This document shows positions 1-11,791 of a stretch of DNA of 64,000 bases, piece by piece. A program made the position numbers and the translations under genes. How positions within the stretch are numbered: the first letter of the stretch is position 1; every line of letters begins with the position of its first letter. This stretch comes from Hydrolagus colliei. Lineage: Eukaryota. The notes beneath the pieces are model-generated. The model was not told the origin of the DNA. It saw only the letters and a list, made by a program, of their open reading frames with translations, and ran no database searches. The DNA is taken from contig CM068747.1 in the NCBI GenBank assembly GCA_035084275.1, positions 22,320,001 through 22,384,000 on the forward strand, read 5' to 3'.

Positions 1-2120
1 CCTCTTTAAGATTGAGTGCCCAAACCGCACGTATTATTTCAAATGGGGTTCAAATGTGTTCTACATACAGTAGCTGGAAAAATAACGGTTTACTTTTATG
101 TTCCAGAGCTTTTATAATCAATGCTGGCAGGCCATTGAACATCATGATTCCTTGCTGTACTTGCGAAATAGACTTTAATGATCTATGAACATTAACCCAC
201 TCTGCTAAACTATTTGGCGACCTTCGAAAGTATATTTCAGCACATCACAAAACCCATAATTTGTAACAAGCCTGCTTTGTTGAGCTAGCTCTCTTTTGTA
301 TGAAGCTCAACTTGTATAATTCTCATGCCACCACTATACATCTGTTCTCACTTGCTTTCTTTCACCTGAGTGCCTGAATATGTTGGCTTTTATTCTGTTT
401 TGGGAGGTTTGAGTTCCATATTGACTCTTGCCAAGGTCAGACTTCACAGCAGCCAGATTGCATGAAAGAAACAGTGACGTAAATTGCTATTGAAATGAAT
501 AGGAGTGAGAGATTTGTTTTTCAGACAGAATGTTTCTCTGCTTCCTGAATTAGTGAGGCAATGAAGGTAAGTGACAATTGAGTGTTCTGCACCTTTGTAA
601 ATACGAAGCTTCTTTCACAGTTGCATAGGCCAAGGCTAGTGATGAATCTATATGAATCTATATCAAAGCTTTATACACAGGCTGTTTCAATAAGGCTACG
701 CTCAAAAAAATATTACGACCCAGTCTGTTATTCCTCAAACTATACCTTCAGAAGCGAATGTGTTCTTCTCAGATATGCTGTGGAGAAAGTTAAAATTCTG
801 CATTGTTCAGGTCAGTGATACTTGCAATACAACCATAGTCAGACATAAAATTTCACCTGATCTTAGCCGGGAAGGCAATTTTGTCTTCAAATTTGAAGAT
901 TGCGCAGATGTGTGGCAAATTCTTAAATTCAGTCTTAATTTGGAAGCCATTTCTTTCAAAACCAGTTTTGAAATTAAAACTGAATTTCTGAAATTTCCAC
1001 TCATCTGCACCACCTTAAACTTTGAAGGTTGGTTGATCTTACGAGCTGAGATATGATGGAATGTCAGGCCTGTCATCATTTAATATAAACAAAACCGCTG
1101 GCTTGCAACATCAGGAGACTAGATGGATTAAGAGGATAAAAAGATTTGGGGTTTTGTATATGGCATAAATACATGCAGTAATGTGATGGAAAAATCTTCT
1201 ATTTATGCTGGAATGCAATGCAGGCTGTATCGAATGTGAGTTCTGGTGCAATCTTGTTTTGAAGCCATTATTTTCACGTAGAACACGTGTGGCAACCTTC
1301 ACTGTCTCTACAGTTTCGTTAGCAATTGAATAGAAGGGACAGTACTTGTCAAGTCCATTTAACATTGGGAGAAAAGGCAAGGATTTTTGAACCAGTCCAC
1401 ATAAGACAGATACTTCGAATACAGCACCATCTGTTTCAAAAGATGGATTTCTTTCCAATCTAGTGATTAAAAGCTTTACATCTACAATGAATTATATTGC
1501 GTTTCACGTCAGGTTGTGTTGACTGTGGGCTGATAACAGTGACCTGTGTAATAAGCTGAAAAGTACAAAACACTTTGTAACCAAAGGTTGATTTGGAGTC
1601 TGATTGTGGTTTTCTTTTCTATCAACTCTCTTTGAAAGACAAATTGCCCTTTCGCTTGTTTGAATAAAATACAATTTGCAGTACAATTTATGGTCACATA
1701 ATATCAAATCAAATCATGGAATATCTCATCGAACATAAATTTACTAAAATGTACTTTGTATTTTGTATGCGAATGCAGCTGCCAATTTGCTTACAGCAAT
1801 TCCCAACAAACAGCCAGAAATTGAATGATCACTTTTATCTGCAGGATTGTTGGCTAGGTTAGTATTTCTCTTTTCGAATAGTGCAAGGGATCTTTAACGT
1901 TCCACCTGAACGGACAGATGAGGACATCAATTTAGGATAGCCAGCAAATGAGCAAATACGGAGATTTGTTTTCAAGCACGGAGGATTCATGATATGGAAT
2001 GTCCTGCTGGGAGCTGTGGTTCTGGCGGAATCAATATTAGATACAATATCAACTTACTTTTATAAATAAAGCCTTTCACGTCCGGAGAACATCCCACGGC
2101 TTTTGACAGTCCTGGCTTGG

Positions 2121-2443
2121 ATAATAATAACAATACTAATAATCCTCGCATTTGATATAGCACCTTTCACATCTTCTGGATGTCTCACAACGCTTCACAG
2201 AATATACTGTAAAATTTATTTACTGTACATTTATGGGCAAAACGCAGCAGCCAATTGCGCATAGCGATGTCCCATAAACAGTTGTAGATTGAAATGGCTT
2301 ATTTATTATTGTTTTTTTTCTTGAGGGATTATTATCAGGCGTGCGGAGTAAGAAAACTTGCCCAAGGTTTTGTCCTGCCGGGAATCGACCCCAAGTCTCT
2401 CCTTTTCAAGGCGAGTGCTCTACCCACTGAGCTACAGGACTCC
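2121..2443 (-). mobile_element. tRNA-derived SINE, full length
   Basis: Minus-strand head GGAGTCCTGTAGCTCAGTGGGTAGAGCAC...GGGTCGATTCCC (A and B boxes), CCTTGGGCAAGT core, and tail AAATGCGAGGATTATT. Confidence 0.9.
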
Positions 2444-2626
2444 AGATAAATAAACTGTATCTAAACAAAATGGAGTAAACTACAGGGGTATGATTAGGGT
2501 TTCTGATTTGAGATTGTAACCAAACAAATAAAGCACTCAAAGTAGAATTTTTTTTAAATCAATGTTTATTCAATAAACCAGAAAACAAAGGAAATACTTC
2601 TGACGTATCTCTGAGGTGAGGTTTAT

Positions 2627-3084
2627 TCTCTCTCTCTCTTTCTCTCTCTCACTCTCTCACTCACCCTTGGCGGTGTCCTGGTATATATAAACTGCATATG
2701 CGTCGCTCTCCGCCTCCCACTCCTGCGCGTGTGCCTGTACGCACGAAGGGGAGAGAGGCTCCTTCACTCTTAGAGGCTTCGTCAGACGAGCCTGCACGCA
2801 CAGAGGAGAGGGAGAGGTGGAGAAGGAGCAGGATTTGCGAGAGCAGGGAGGCACTGGGCATGTGTGAGGGAACCTCTCTTTCACCTCTATGTGCGCAGGA
2901 TAATCTTCGCTCCGGGATGCTACCTCGCGTAAAGAAGGCTTTATAAATACAAGTTGTTTTTGTTGATCCTCTCAATACACTGCCGAAAGGTTCAAAAAAG
3001 CCACGGTTTGTGAACACTCTAAAATTTCTCACCACTAAACTGCAAAATATCTAATTGCTTAACACCGAATACCCGGAACCCCAA
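2627..3084 (+). promoter_or_regulatory. CpG/GC-enriched island with (CT)n tract and TATA box; candidate promoter and non-coding first exon
   Basis: (CT)n at 2627-2658, TATATAAA at 2684-2691, many CpGs at 2700-2930 in a CpG-poor background, and a donor-like CCAA|gtaagg at 3084/3085. Confidence 0.4.
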
Positions 3085-5040
3085 GTAAGGGGAAACGGCA
3101 GGCGAATGGAACTGAAAGAATTTTGCTCTTAAAAGAGCCAAAACAGTTACAATGGCTGTCTTCTGTGCTTTCAATTTCTAAGGTTCTAAACAATGCAGCA
3201 CTCCCCTCAACACAGCGTTGGAGTGTCAGTCTAGACTGTACCAACCTGAGGCTTGAGCCAACAAATTCGGAGGCAAGATTGGCACCGACTGAGCCTTTGT
3301 TAAATTCTGATATCGCAATATACAGTACTGCTATTTCCCATTGGCTTGTTCCTGACTTTTTTTCACTTGGCGACTTTGGATTTCAAAACCAATGTTAACA
3401 CGCTGAAAGTAGCCCCTTCATCATTCTCGACAAATCTAGTTGTGTGAAGAGGACTGGAAAATGGTAATGAACAGGTTCGAAATTCTAAAATGCCGTTCTG
3501 ATAGTTATTCAATCTTCAGATATCCCTCATTAACTTGATCAGTGACCCTAAAATCCCATTTCCCCAGGGAGAGTGCATTACTCTGAAAGCACTATTGATG
3601 CTAATAAAAATGCTGCATAATTATGACTCTCTAAAAGCATATGAAAAGCTCAACTATTTAATCCTTTGCTTCACAGTAGCCTGAAGCACCATTCCAGAAA
3701 AAATACTAATGTGTTATGGCACTTAACTATCCTGTCAATCAGAACTATGATTAAAGAAGCTGTCTGCTTTAATACTGGAGCTGTCAATGGGAAATGTAAT
3801 GAAATTGAACATGTGTATATTACTGTTCACTCAGCCTAACAACCGCACAATTATGTTAGCTTTTTTGCTTCACAGTATGGACTGGTCACCTGTTCAGCTA
3901 TAATCAATCTGATCACTTTATTGTCCTGTAACTATCTATAATAATATATAATAAAATCCTTGCATTTGATATAGTACCTTATTACATCTTTGAGATGTCT
4001 CTCAGCGCTTCACCGAATATACTGTAATAACAATTGACTATATATTTTGCGGGCGAAACAGAGGAATCTATGCTTTTCCTCACAGCTGCAGGACATTGCT
4101 AGTAAATTGTCTTGAATGTCCAAAGCGATTGGGGTGAATACTGTGGACACCAATCAGGACAATGCACAAGTTGATTCAGCCTGTGATCCAATGAAATTAT
4201 CTCCCATTAATTCTGTTCTTCCCACTCGTACGTCTAGCTTCAATTATAAATCGGTGCTGACGTTAATAAAGGCTGTAGTTAAAACTTTACTGTATTTAAA
4301 ACTACAAAGCAATTTGTTTCAACTTTTATGTTTGATTTGTTCAATAAAACTGCTGATACCTATTTTTCTCTCTCTGCAGTCTGATTTTCCCCACTGCTGA
4401 TTTGGGTTCCATCCTTTTTTATTTCGCCTACCTGACCCTTTTTATTTCAAAGTTTGCTTAATTGCTTAATACATAGGTGTGAAACATGAGTTCACTTTTG
4501 GTAATTAACAGCACAGCATTATGTTTCAAGACCTCTCACAATTCTGTGGTTTGGTAATATTAGCTGATAACCTAAGGCTGCACAATTATTAGCTTCTGCA
4601 ACTTGTATTACGGTTTCTATTGAAGGTGAACGAGTTGCAAACGTTTCGATAGATTTCTAGTTAATGATAAGAATATGGAATTTTATTGAGAATTGAGGTA
4701 ACAGAATGAAAAGCATTAGTCACTGTCACTGTGTTAAAGCTGTCTTACTTTTTATTCACTCAAACATACACAGGGGAAATGTCTGTCTTATCTTCAGTAG
4801 ATTGAGCTCTAAATCATCACTAGCAATGATTGTTGAGGGCTACATCAAATATACTACATTAGCTATTTGGAAATTTACTGGCTATTCCTTACCCATAAAT
4901 GGATGAAATAAATTGGTTGTCTCTCACAAAGGTTAAAATATATATCCAGTATCCAGCACCTATACTTGCACTGGAAACCTGCATGAGTTAATAAATTTAC
5001 TTATTATTCATTTCCCACCTTTGCAGCATATAGGTATTGA

Positions 5041-5180
5041 TCAGTTCCGACGAAGGGTTGTGGACCCGAAACGTTGACTCACTTTTCCTTTCTCCATAGA
5101 CGCTGCCTGACTTGCTGAGTGTTCCCAGCGATTTGTTTTTGTTTCAGATTTCCAGCATCTGCAGTATGTTGCGTTTTTTG
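5041..5180 (+). mobile_element. Isolated Penelope 3' terminal fragment with a variant hammerhead motif (5043-5079)
   Basis: cagttccgacgaagggttgtggacccgaaacgttgactc...ctccatagacgctgcctgacttgctgagt is clearly homologous to 33615-33715. Confidence 0.85.
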
Positions 5181-5544
5181 AAGAATTTTTAAAATCTAAA
5201 TATTGATCTGTTTGTTTCATGCTTATTCGGTTGATAAATCATGCCTCGCCATGATTTTTGAAGCTGTCATTCAAACGAGGCATGGATAATTCATGGAATA
5301 CAGTCAAGCATTTCACTGTGCCATTATTTTGCAATGTAAAATATCTTTCAATGTCAAACGCCTAGTTAGTTCTGTTTGACAGTCCTCAGAATGACAGTTT
5401 CAAGATTTTCAGAACACATCAATCATAAGTCAAGTGTTATCTAGAAGGGGCAAGGATTTTCAAATTGCCCTTATAATTCCTCTATCCCTACCTCTCCTCA
5501 CAACAACTTGATCAGATATTCCAAGAAAACTTTACCACAGAAGA

Positions 5545-5888
5545 AGGCTAGATAGGGAAAAGCTGTTTCCGCTGGTAGATGTGTCTGTGACCCGTGGTCA
5601 CAGTCTTAAGATATCTAGCAAAAGAAGCAGAGGAGAGGTTAAAATAAAAATGTTTACTCAGCGAGTTCGAATTTGGAATGATCTGCCTGAAAGGGTAGTG
5701 AAGTCGGATTCGATAGCAGCTTTTAAGAGAGAACTAGATAGGTATCTGGGGAAGATGGGTTAGCAGGGTTATGGGGAGAAAGCTGGTGATTGGGGTTAAT
5801 GAAATTGACTTGCTCGGTCAAAGAGCTAGCACAGACTCGATGGGCCGAATGGCCTCCTTCTGTGCCGTAACATTCTATGATTCTATGA
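5545..5888 (+). mobile_element. CR1 LINE 3' fragment
   Basis: TRGHSLK...WNDLPERVV, homologous to 39200-39540, ending in ttctatgattctatga. Confidence 0.9.
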
Positions 5889-5897
5889 AGAAGTCTA

Positions 5898-6277
5898 GGT
5901 GTCAGCCTACCTCAGTTGGTATCACTCTAACCTACGAGTCAGAAGATTGGGGGTTTCAGCCCCACATTGGGATTTTGAGATCAGCGTCTCAGCTAACACT
6001 TCAGTGCAGTGCTGGGAATAAACTGAATTGTTAGAAGTACAGTACTATTCTTAAACCGGGCTCGTTGAGGTGGATGGTAAAGATCCTATAGAGAAGTTGA
6101 CCCAGATACAAATAGCTGTTCACCTCCTGGTCATTTGTGAGCATTGCTGTGTGCAAATTTACTGCCGACTTTGCCTACAAAATACAGTTATTACACTTGA
6201 TAGTGAATCCCTTGAATACTTTGGAAATGTCCTTGAAAGGTGAACGATGCTGTATCAAATGCAAGGATTATTATTAC
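5898..6277 (+). mobile_element. Older Deu-domain SINE (SacSINE/AmnSINE-like)
   Basis: tRNA-like head ctcagttggtatcactct...gagtcagaag, Deu-like taaaccggg...aggtggatggtaaagatcc, and an L2-like tail. Related fragments at about 1770-1935(-), 3190-3295(-), 31930-32110 plus 33716-33820(-), and 51205-51240 plus 52445-52686(-). Confidence 0.65.
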
Positions 6278-9200
6278 TGCAATTTATAATCTTCCAATGC
6301 CTCTCTAGAAGCATATCAAAGCATTAGCTGCAGCAGTGATACAATGCAATCCACTCACAGATAGAACAATTGACTTCTCTGTCAGTCAGACGTAGATGTC
6401 TTAATTGCCTCTATGCCAATATGGTGCACCTGCTGAAAGTATTTTTGAAACTAAATATTGAATGAACATTTATGTTTAAGCCCAATCAACACTACATTTA
6501 ACCCCTTCAAATAAAGCATGCATTTGTATTTTTATCCCAAAGTATTATATAACACAATTAATTTGGTATTCCATTTAGTGCAGTTTTTCTTACCGTTTTT
6601 TAAAATGCTTTTGTTCTGGTGGTTAGGCTTCATCGGAATTGTCCAACAATAAATATAAATATGAAAACAGTGTAATTACATGGCTTCTTGAATTTAGATT
6701 GTTAGAGTTCTGGGAGGTTAATGTTTAAAGAAAAAAGTGAGAGAGAAATACTAATGTATCTCATTAATTTCACAGCTTGAGTTTGAGGTAGGCACAGTAG
6801 GACTAGAAAGATTCTGAATAATTTCCGTCAAATGTGGTTGAACTGTGGAAGTGACTAGAATCCTATACTCTTCACTGCAATACAGAATAAATCCACAGTG
6901 AAACTTAAAACATCCGCTTGCGGACGACTTATAAATACTATTGTATTTGAAGCTGAGAGCTGTTGCTTGTTCTCCTATTGGTAACGAATATTACTCCCTC
7001 TGTGAGCTGAATAAATAGGCCGAGGCATTTAGCATAATTCGTTTATGAATGGCCCAAAGGATTGGTTGATGAAAAGTTCTTGCGTTTTGTTTCTTTCTAC
7101 CTTAAACTGGTGAACCTGGAAACTGCAACTCTTACAGCTTGAGACTGCAGACACCAAGCGCTTTGTCAGTAAACGCTGAACGACTTGTATAGTAACCTTG
7201 TAACTGTGATTTTGTAACGTTGTAATTTGATTTGATTTGAACGCTTTGAGACGGACAAAAAAATAATTGTACAGTATCTGTTAAACCTACAATTGAGAAT
7301 TTAACATCACGTTTGAGCAATCACAGTGCAGTGGGTGTGCGTGCGACCTAAATAAAAATCTCAAGAAGGTCGGGTCACTGTTTGCCTATGTCTATCGTGA
7401 CAAACAAACCATAGAAACAACAAGGCACATAAGTCATGCACAATAGAGAGACCAAGGTACCAGATTCTCCCATCTCCTACATTGCTGTCACCTTTATTAA
7501 TCCTTTCATCTTTGCCATTTACAGCACACATAGAGGCTAAATTGACTAGTTAGTCAATTATCAAGTGGTTACTAAGAGATGCTTTCTCTGGGTAGCCTAA
7601 GTAGCACTTGTGCCAATTGTATCACTTTTTAACCCTTGCACATTTGCGATCAATTGATTTAGCTTGGGCTACGGGGCAGTTCCTATCGTACCTTGAAGAT
7701 TGATGACTCCCATAGCATTTCTGCAATATAATTGCACCACAGTCCAGTTGCTGTGAATGGAGTTGCTCCATCTTTAATTTAACGATAAAAAAACATGTTT
7801 AACAGATACCAGACATGAGGTGATTGCCAATTAATATTCCCGCCTTTACAATAATGCTCACCAGATGCTAACTGTGTTTGACTTAATAGTTGAGTGCTTA
7901 ACAATAAATGCCGAGGCTTAATGCAGTGATTTTTGACAAACAATGTTGCTTTATATACTTACCCAGCAATAAACTATTATCACTTAAGTACAGCACTACA
8001 ATAGGGTATTGATTTGCATCAGCGTTGCTCAAGAGCTGGGCCACAAAAAAAAGCTGTCATGGCAACAGATAGCACAGCAATCTAAGAAACACTGGGGTCT
8101 GTGCCCACAATCCCTAAACGCTGAACTGCACACTGCAGTCATTGAAAGAGAATGAGAAGGCAAGTGCCTTAATGCAGGAATGGAGTGAAAAAAAATCTGA
8201 AGGTAGATAATTCACTTTTAAATTCTCTTACTTTTAAAGATCCTGCTTTGCCACTAGTACTGGAAGTTCGTTAGTAATGTGGTTGAAGGGAATCATTTGA
8301 GCAACTGAGCCCCTTTAATGTTTAATTTGAAGTAGATAAATATTAAAATTCCATATTGAGCGAATTTATCTAGGTAGCTGTTCCAACCTGAACTACAAGG
8401 ACTATAGGATACACAATAGAAATATTTAATACACCAAGAACTTTATGGGTCAAATACAAATGAGAGGATTTCTGTAGCGACAGTCACTTTATAAGATTAA
8501 TGATAGGATTGTACAACACTACTTTTCTATTTTTCTGAATCTTTTCTTCAATAATTAGAAGGAAAATAAAGGAATGTATGTTTTTAAATGTTAATTCACA
8601 AAATAAATCACCAGTTCACTGTTATTACTGGCTCACAGTTTTTAAAATTACATTATTTTCTTTTTTAATATTGTATACCTATGTTAGATAAGGTGTTGCA
8701 AAGGAGGCTTGTTGGAAAAGATAAATTGTATTTCGTTAAAGAGTTCGATAAAGGATACAAAGTTAGCTGATCGTGTGATGTAATTGTGAATATCCTCTAC
8801 AATGTATGAGCAATGCAGAAATGAGCAATGCAGTACAATGGAGAGTTTATTGAATTGTTGCATTGAAACGTATCAAGGTTGGTTAGTGTAGATGGGCTAA
8901 AATGATTTTTTAGATTTCAGCACAACATATTTCACAAACTCTGCAAGCAAGTTTCCATTTTTAATTTTTAAATGACAGTGAAACGTGAACAATCTTACTG
9001 TTTTATTCCCACCATGACAACACTATAAAGATTGTAACTGTAATAATATCTGTGATTTATTGTAGGTGAGCGACTGATATAAATTGGATTAGGATTTTAA
9101 TACTTAATGTTATTTGAACTCCCTTGAATTTGTTTTACATTTGCACACAGCTAAGGTGTGGGATTTACAGGACTATTCCCAGAGGTGCCAAGCTGCTAAA

Positions 9201-9955
9201 TTTGTTGGTTAAATTGTCAGTTACGTACAAGGCAGAGTTGCTAGGAGAGTGAATAATCGTGACTTCACGATCAGCTGATGTGCGCATTTCTTAAATCACA
9301 ACCTGTGGAGCACCACAATTTCTACAACATCTAGATTTCTTTTATTCAAGGGTGACAGACTCTCTATTTAATTGCATCCAGTCTCTCTCCTTATTTGTTC
9401 CAATGCATCAAGAGGCAATTTGGTTCTTTTGTTGCTTGCATGTTGTTGCAGGGCACCTCGTGTATTTATTTCTGTCTTAAGCAGGTCTAGGAGAAGGTAG
9501 TGACCTAGCCGGAACCTCCTAGCGAGTGGGTAAATCAGAGAGTGGATTTGGGGAGTGTTTGAGGCTAAATCAGATTCATTCTGAGAGGATAGGATCTTTG
9601 ATGCTGAATGGATAGTTTGAATGCTTTTACAGTTGCCCGAGACAGACTTGCATGTTTCACCTCCAATTTTTTTTTTGGTGGTTGGGTTCAGATTATCTTG
9701 TTAAACTCCAGCAGTGCCATACATTAAACAAAAATCTGCCTGAGCCATTTTTCATTGCAAGTGGCTCGGTGTGACAGCCTGAAAAGGTAATGAATGGCTC
9801 AGCCAATAGCATTTTGATCCTTTTATTAAGCTTGATTGTTTGATAGTGGTGTGCTGTGCAATATGTCTGTCTGCTGAGATTTGTGCTTCACTGAAGAATG
9901 TTCAAAGATGCTGAGATGAGTCTGACTATAATTGTACTACCTTAGGCCCGTCACT

Positions 9956-10056
9956 ATGGATTCCTCGCCTACAGAGCTGAAGGAATTTGACAGCAGTACC
10001 TTCAAATACCTAAAGCCAGACCATCCTGAGAAAATATGGCTAAGAGTGCAGGGATT
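9956..10056 (+). CDS. PDE1A: PDE1 (probably PDE1A) N-terminal coding exon, PDE1A2/PDE1C1-type start, containing the first part of calmodulin-binding domain 1
   Basis: ACTATGG Kozak context. Reads MDSSPTELKEFDSSTFKYLKPDHPEKIWLRVQG-TT|gtaagt (33 codons + 2 nt, phase-2 donor). Aligns without gaps to recalled human PDE1A MGSSATEIEELENTTFKYLTGEQTEKMWQRLKGI and PDE1C MESPTKEIEEFESNSLKYLQPEQIEKIWLRLRGL. A possible acceptor (ctgac...ccttag|) lies at 9945/9946. The family call is strong; the paralogue call is less certain. Confidence 0.9.
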
Positions 10057-10440
10057 GTAAGTATTTTCTTTATATTGTACTCTTTGAATATGTGAAATAT
10101 TCTGCAGCTTGATTCATTTGACAATAAAATCTTGCACGTCGTAAAGCTTTGCATTGTCCATAAAAAAAACTGTGTGTATGCGTTTCTCTTTTGAAACCAG
10201 CAATGATCTGATGTGCTTTATTATTTATCCTATGCGAAGCTTCTTTTCATACTGTTTCAAAACTATTTCATCAAAATTGGAATATGTACTGAGTGTGGAA
10301 TTATAAAACTAGATGGGCTTGTTGAATGAAGGCTTGGGTTCTGTATATGAAAGGCGCTATACAAATGTAGTTCTGTTGCTGTTGTGATTATTGTATAGGT
10401 CATAACATTCAATCCTCTTGAGAATGACACACAATTGTTT

Positions 10441-10740
10441 TTGGCAAGTTTCCTTACTCCACACACCTCTGTTTACCCAGCAGTAAGTAGGAACCCCGTT
10501 GGTAATTAATGACAGATCGCTTTTTCAGAATTACTGTACAGTAATAATCTCTTCCAAGAAAGTAATAATTTAGTCACTCAATCCACGACTGTTTTGGGAA
10601 CACAGGTGTGCACAATTGGATGCCACATTTCAGCTACAAAACATACAGTCACCACACTTTACAGTATATTCCGTGAAGTGTTTTGAGACGTCTCAACGAC
10701 GTGTTAAAGCGTTAAATCAACTGCAAGGATTATTATTATT
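10441..10740 (+). mobile_element. Headless tRNA-derived SINE, long-middle variant
   Basis: ggcaagtttccttactccacacacctctgtttacccagcagtaagtaggaacc, continuing to the gcaaggattattattatt tail. Confidence 0.85.
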
Positions 10741-11764
10741 TGGTACATTCATTTTCGTAACACATGGAAGATATGCCATTGAGCTAATCTTATTCTCTTT
10801 CATTCATTCTCTCTCTTTCTTATTACACATGACAAGGTATTGTCAATCCAGACAGTGGTGCCATCTAAGAGCAATTATAGTGATGTCATTGAAGAGCGAT
10901 TTGTTGAAAGCACAATGTATTTTTTGTTCTCCCTTTTTTTCCTATCGGTATAATTTAAAGCTGTAAATGTTTTCATTAAAAATGTGATTTTGGTTAAATT
11001 ATCCCTGGAGGAAAATGGATCTCTGTGACATTCATTTGAAATTTGAAAAACAATCTTGTATCCCGCCTAATCAAACAAATTGTCTATCTGTCAGAGTAGG
11101 TGATTCAACTGTCTCCTCAAATAATAAATCTTTAACGAATGAGTTTTAGGACTTAGAACGATCACGAAAGCTTCACTTTCTTTCCCAGCTGGGATAAACA
11201 GAAAAGCAATAATATTTGGGACAACTGGATTGTCGGTTGCAAATTGGAATAAGTAAAAAAAAAGAGTAAATAAATAGAAATAAGACATTTAGATATTTCA
11301 CTTCAGCTTCCAGTTGAAGCATATATTATCACTGTGACACAGTCCAAAGCCAATTTACAAGGACATCTGCACATCTCCACAGGGACCTTCAAGTTGAAAA
11401 CAATATATAGCATTTAGATAAGATAGATAATGGACTTTTGGTGCTTTATACATAATTAACATGTTCTGTGTAAGAATGGCATTTTATTGTTAAAGGTTAA
11501 GTGGCTGTGTTTATTCACTAATATTGACCTCCTTGTTGGTATTGCTTCTAACTTATAAAAACAATGTGATTATATACTTTTGATCAAAACACGACTTTGA
11601 CAAAGATGCATTTTTGCATGTCTGATAAATTCCTTTGATTGCACTCAGTGTTCTTAGAGTATTTTTGAATTATTTAATCAAGTTGTTCGAATTTGATTTG
11701 AAACATTCAAATAACTATTTGTGGAGAGCAAAATGACAGCTAATCTAACATTTTTCTTTTGCAG

Positions 11765-11791
11765 ACAGAAGTACAAAAACACATCACAAAG
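11765..11791 (+). CDS. PDE1A: 27-nt PDE1 micro-exon (phase 2-2) encoding (L)QKYKNTSQR
   Basis: ctaac branch point, then ttttcttttgcag| ACAGAAGTACAAAAACACATCACAAAG |gtaagg. In frame with exon 9956-10056 (TT|A = Leu). Matches PDE1C LRKYKKTSQR. Confidence 0.88.

Noticed and set aside
2760-2795. Minus-strand CTGACGA resembling a hammerhead core
   Set aside because: No correctly placed GAAA or stem III follows (the sequence reads GTGAAGG).
2661-3035. Overlapping ORFs of 75-124 aa in the GC-rich patch
   Set aside because: No recognisable domain. Long frames are expected from the local GC and low-complexity composition.
8806-8835. Short tandem duplications (atgagcaatgcag twice; also atgaatctat twice near 642)
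   Set aside because: Ordinary slippage duplications with no further structure.
9045-9072. ttgtag|gtgagc as a recursive splice site
   Set aside because: The pyrimidine tract is weak, such motifs are frequent by chance, and nothing else supports it.
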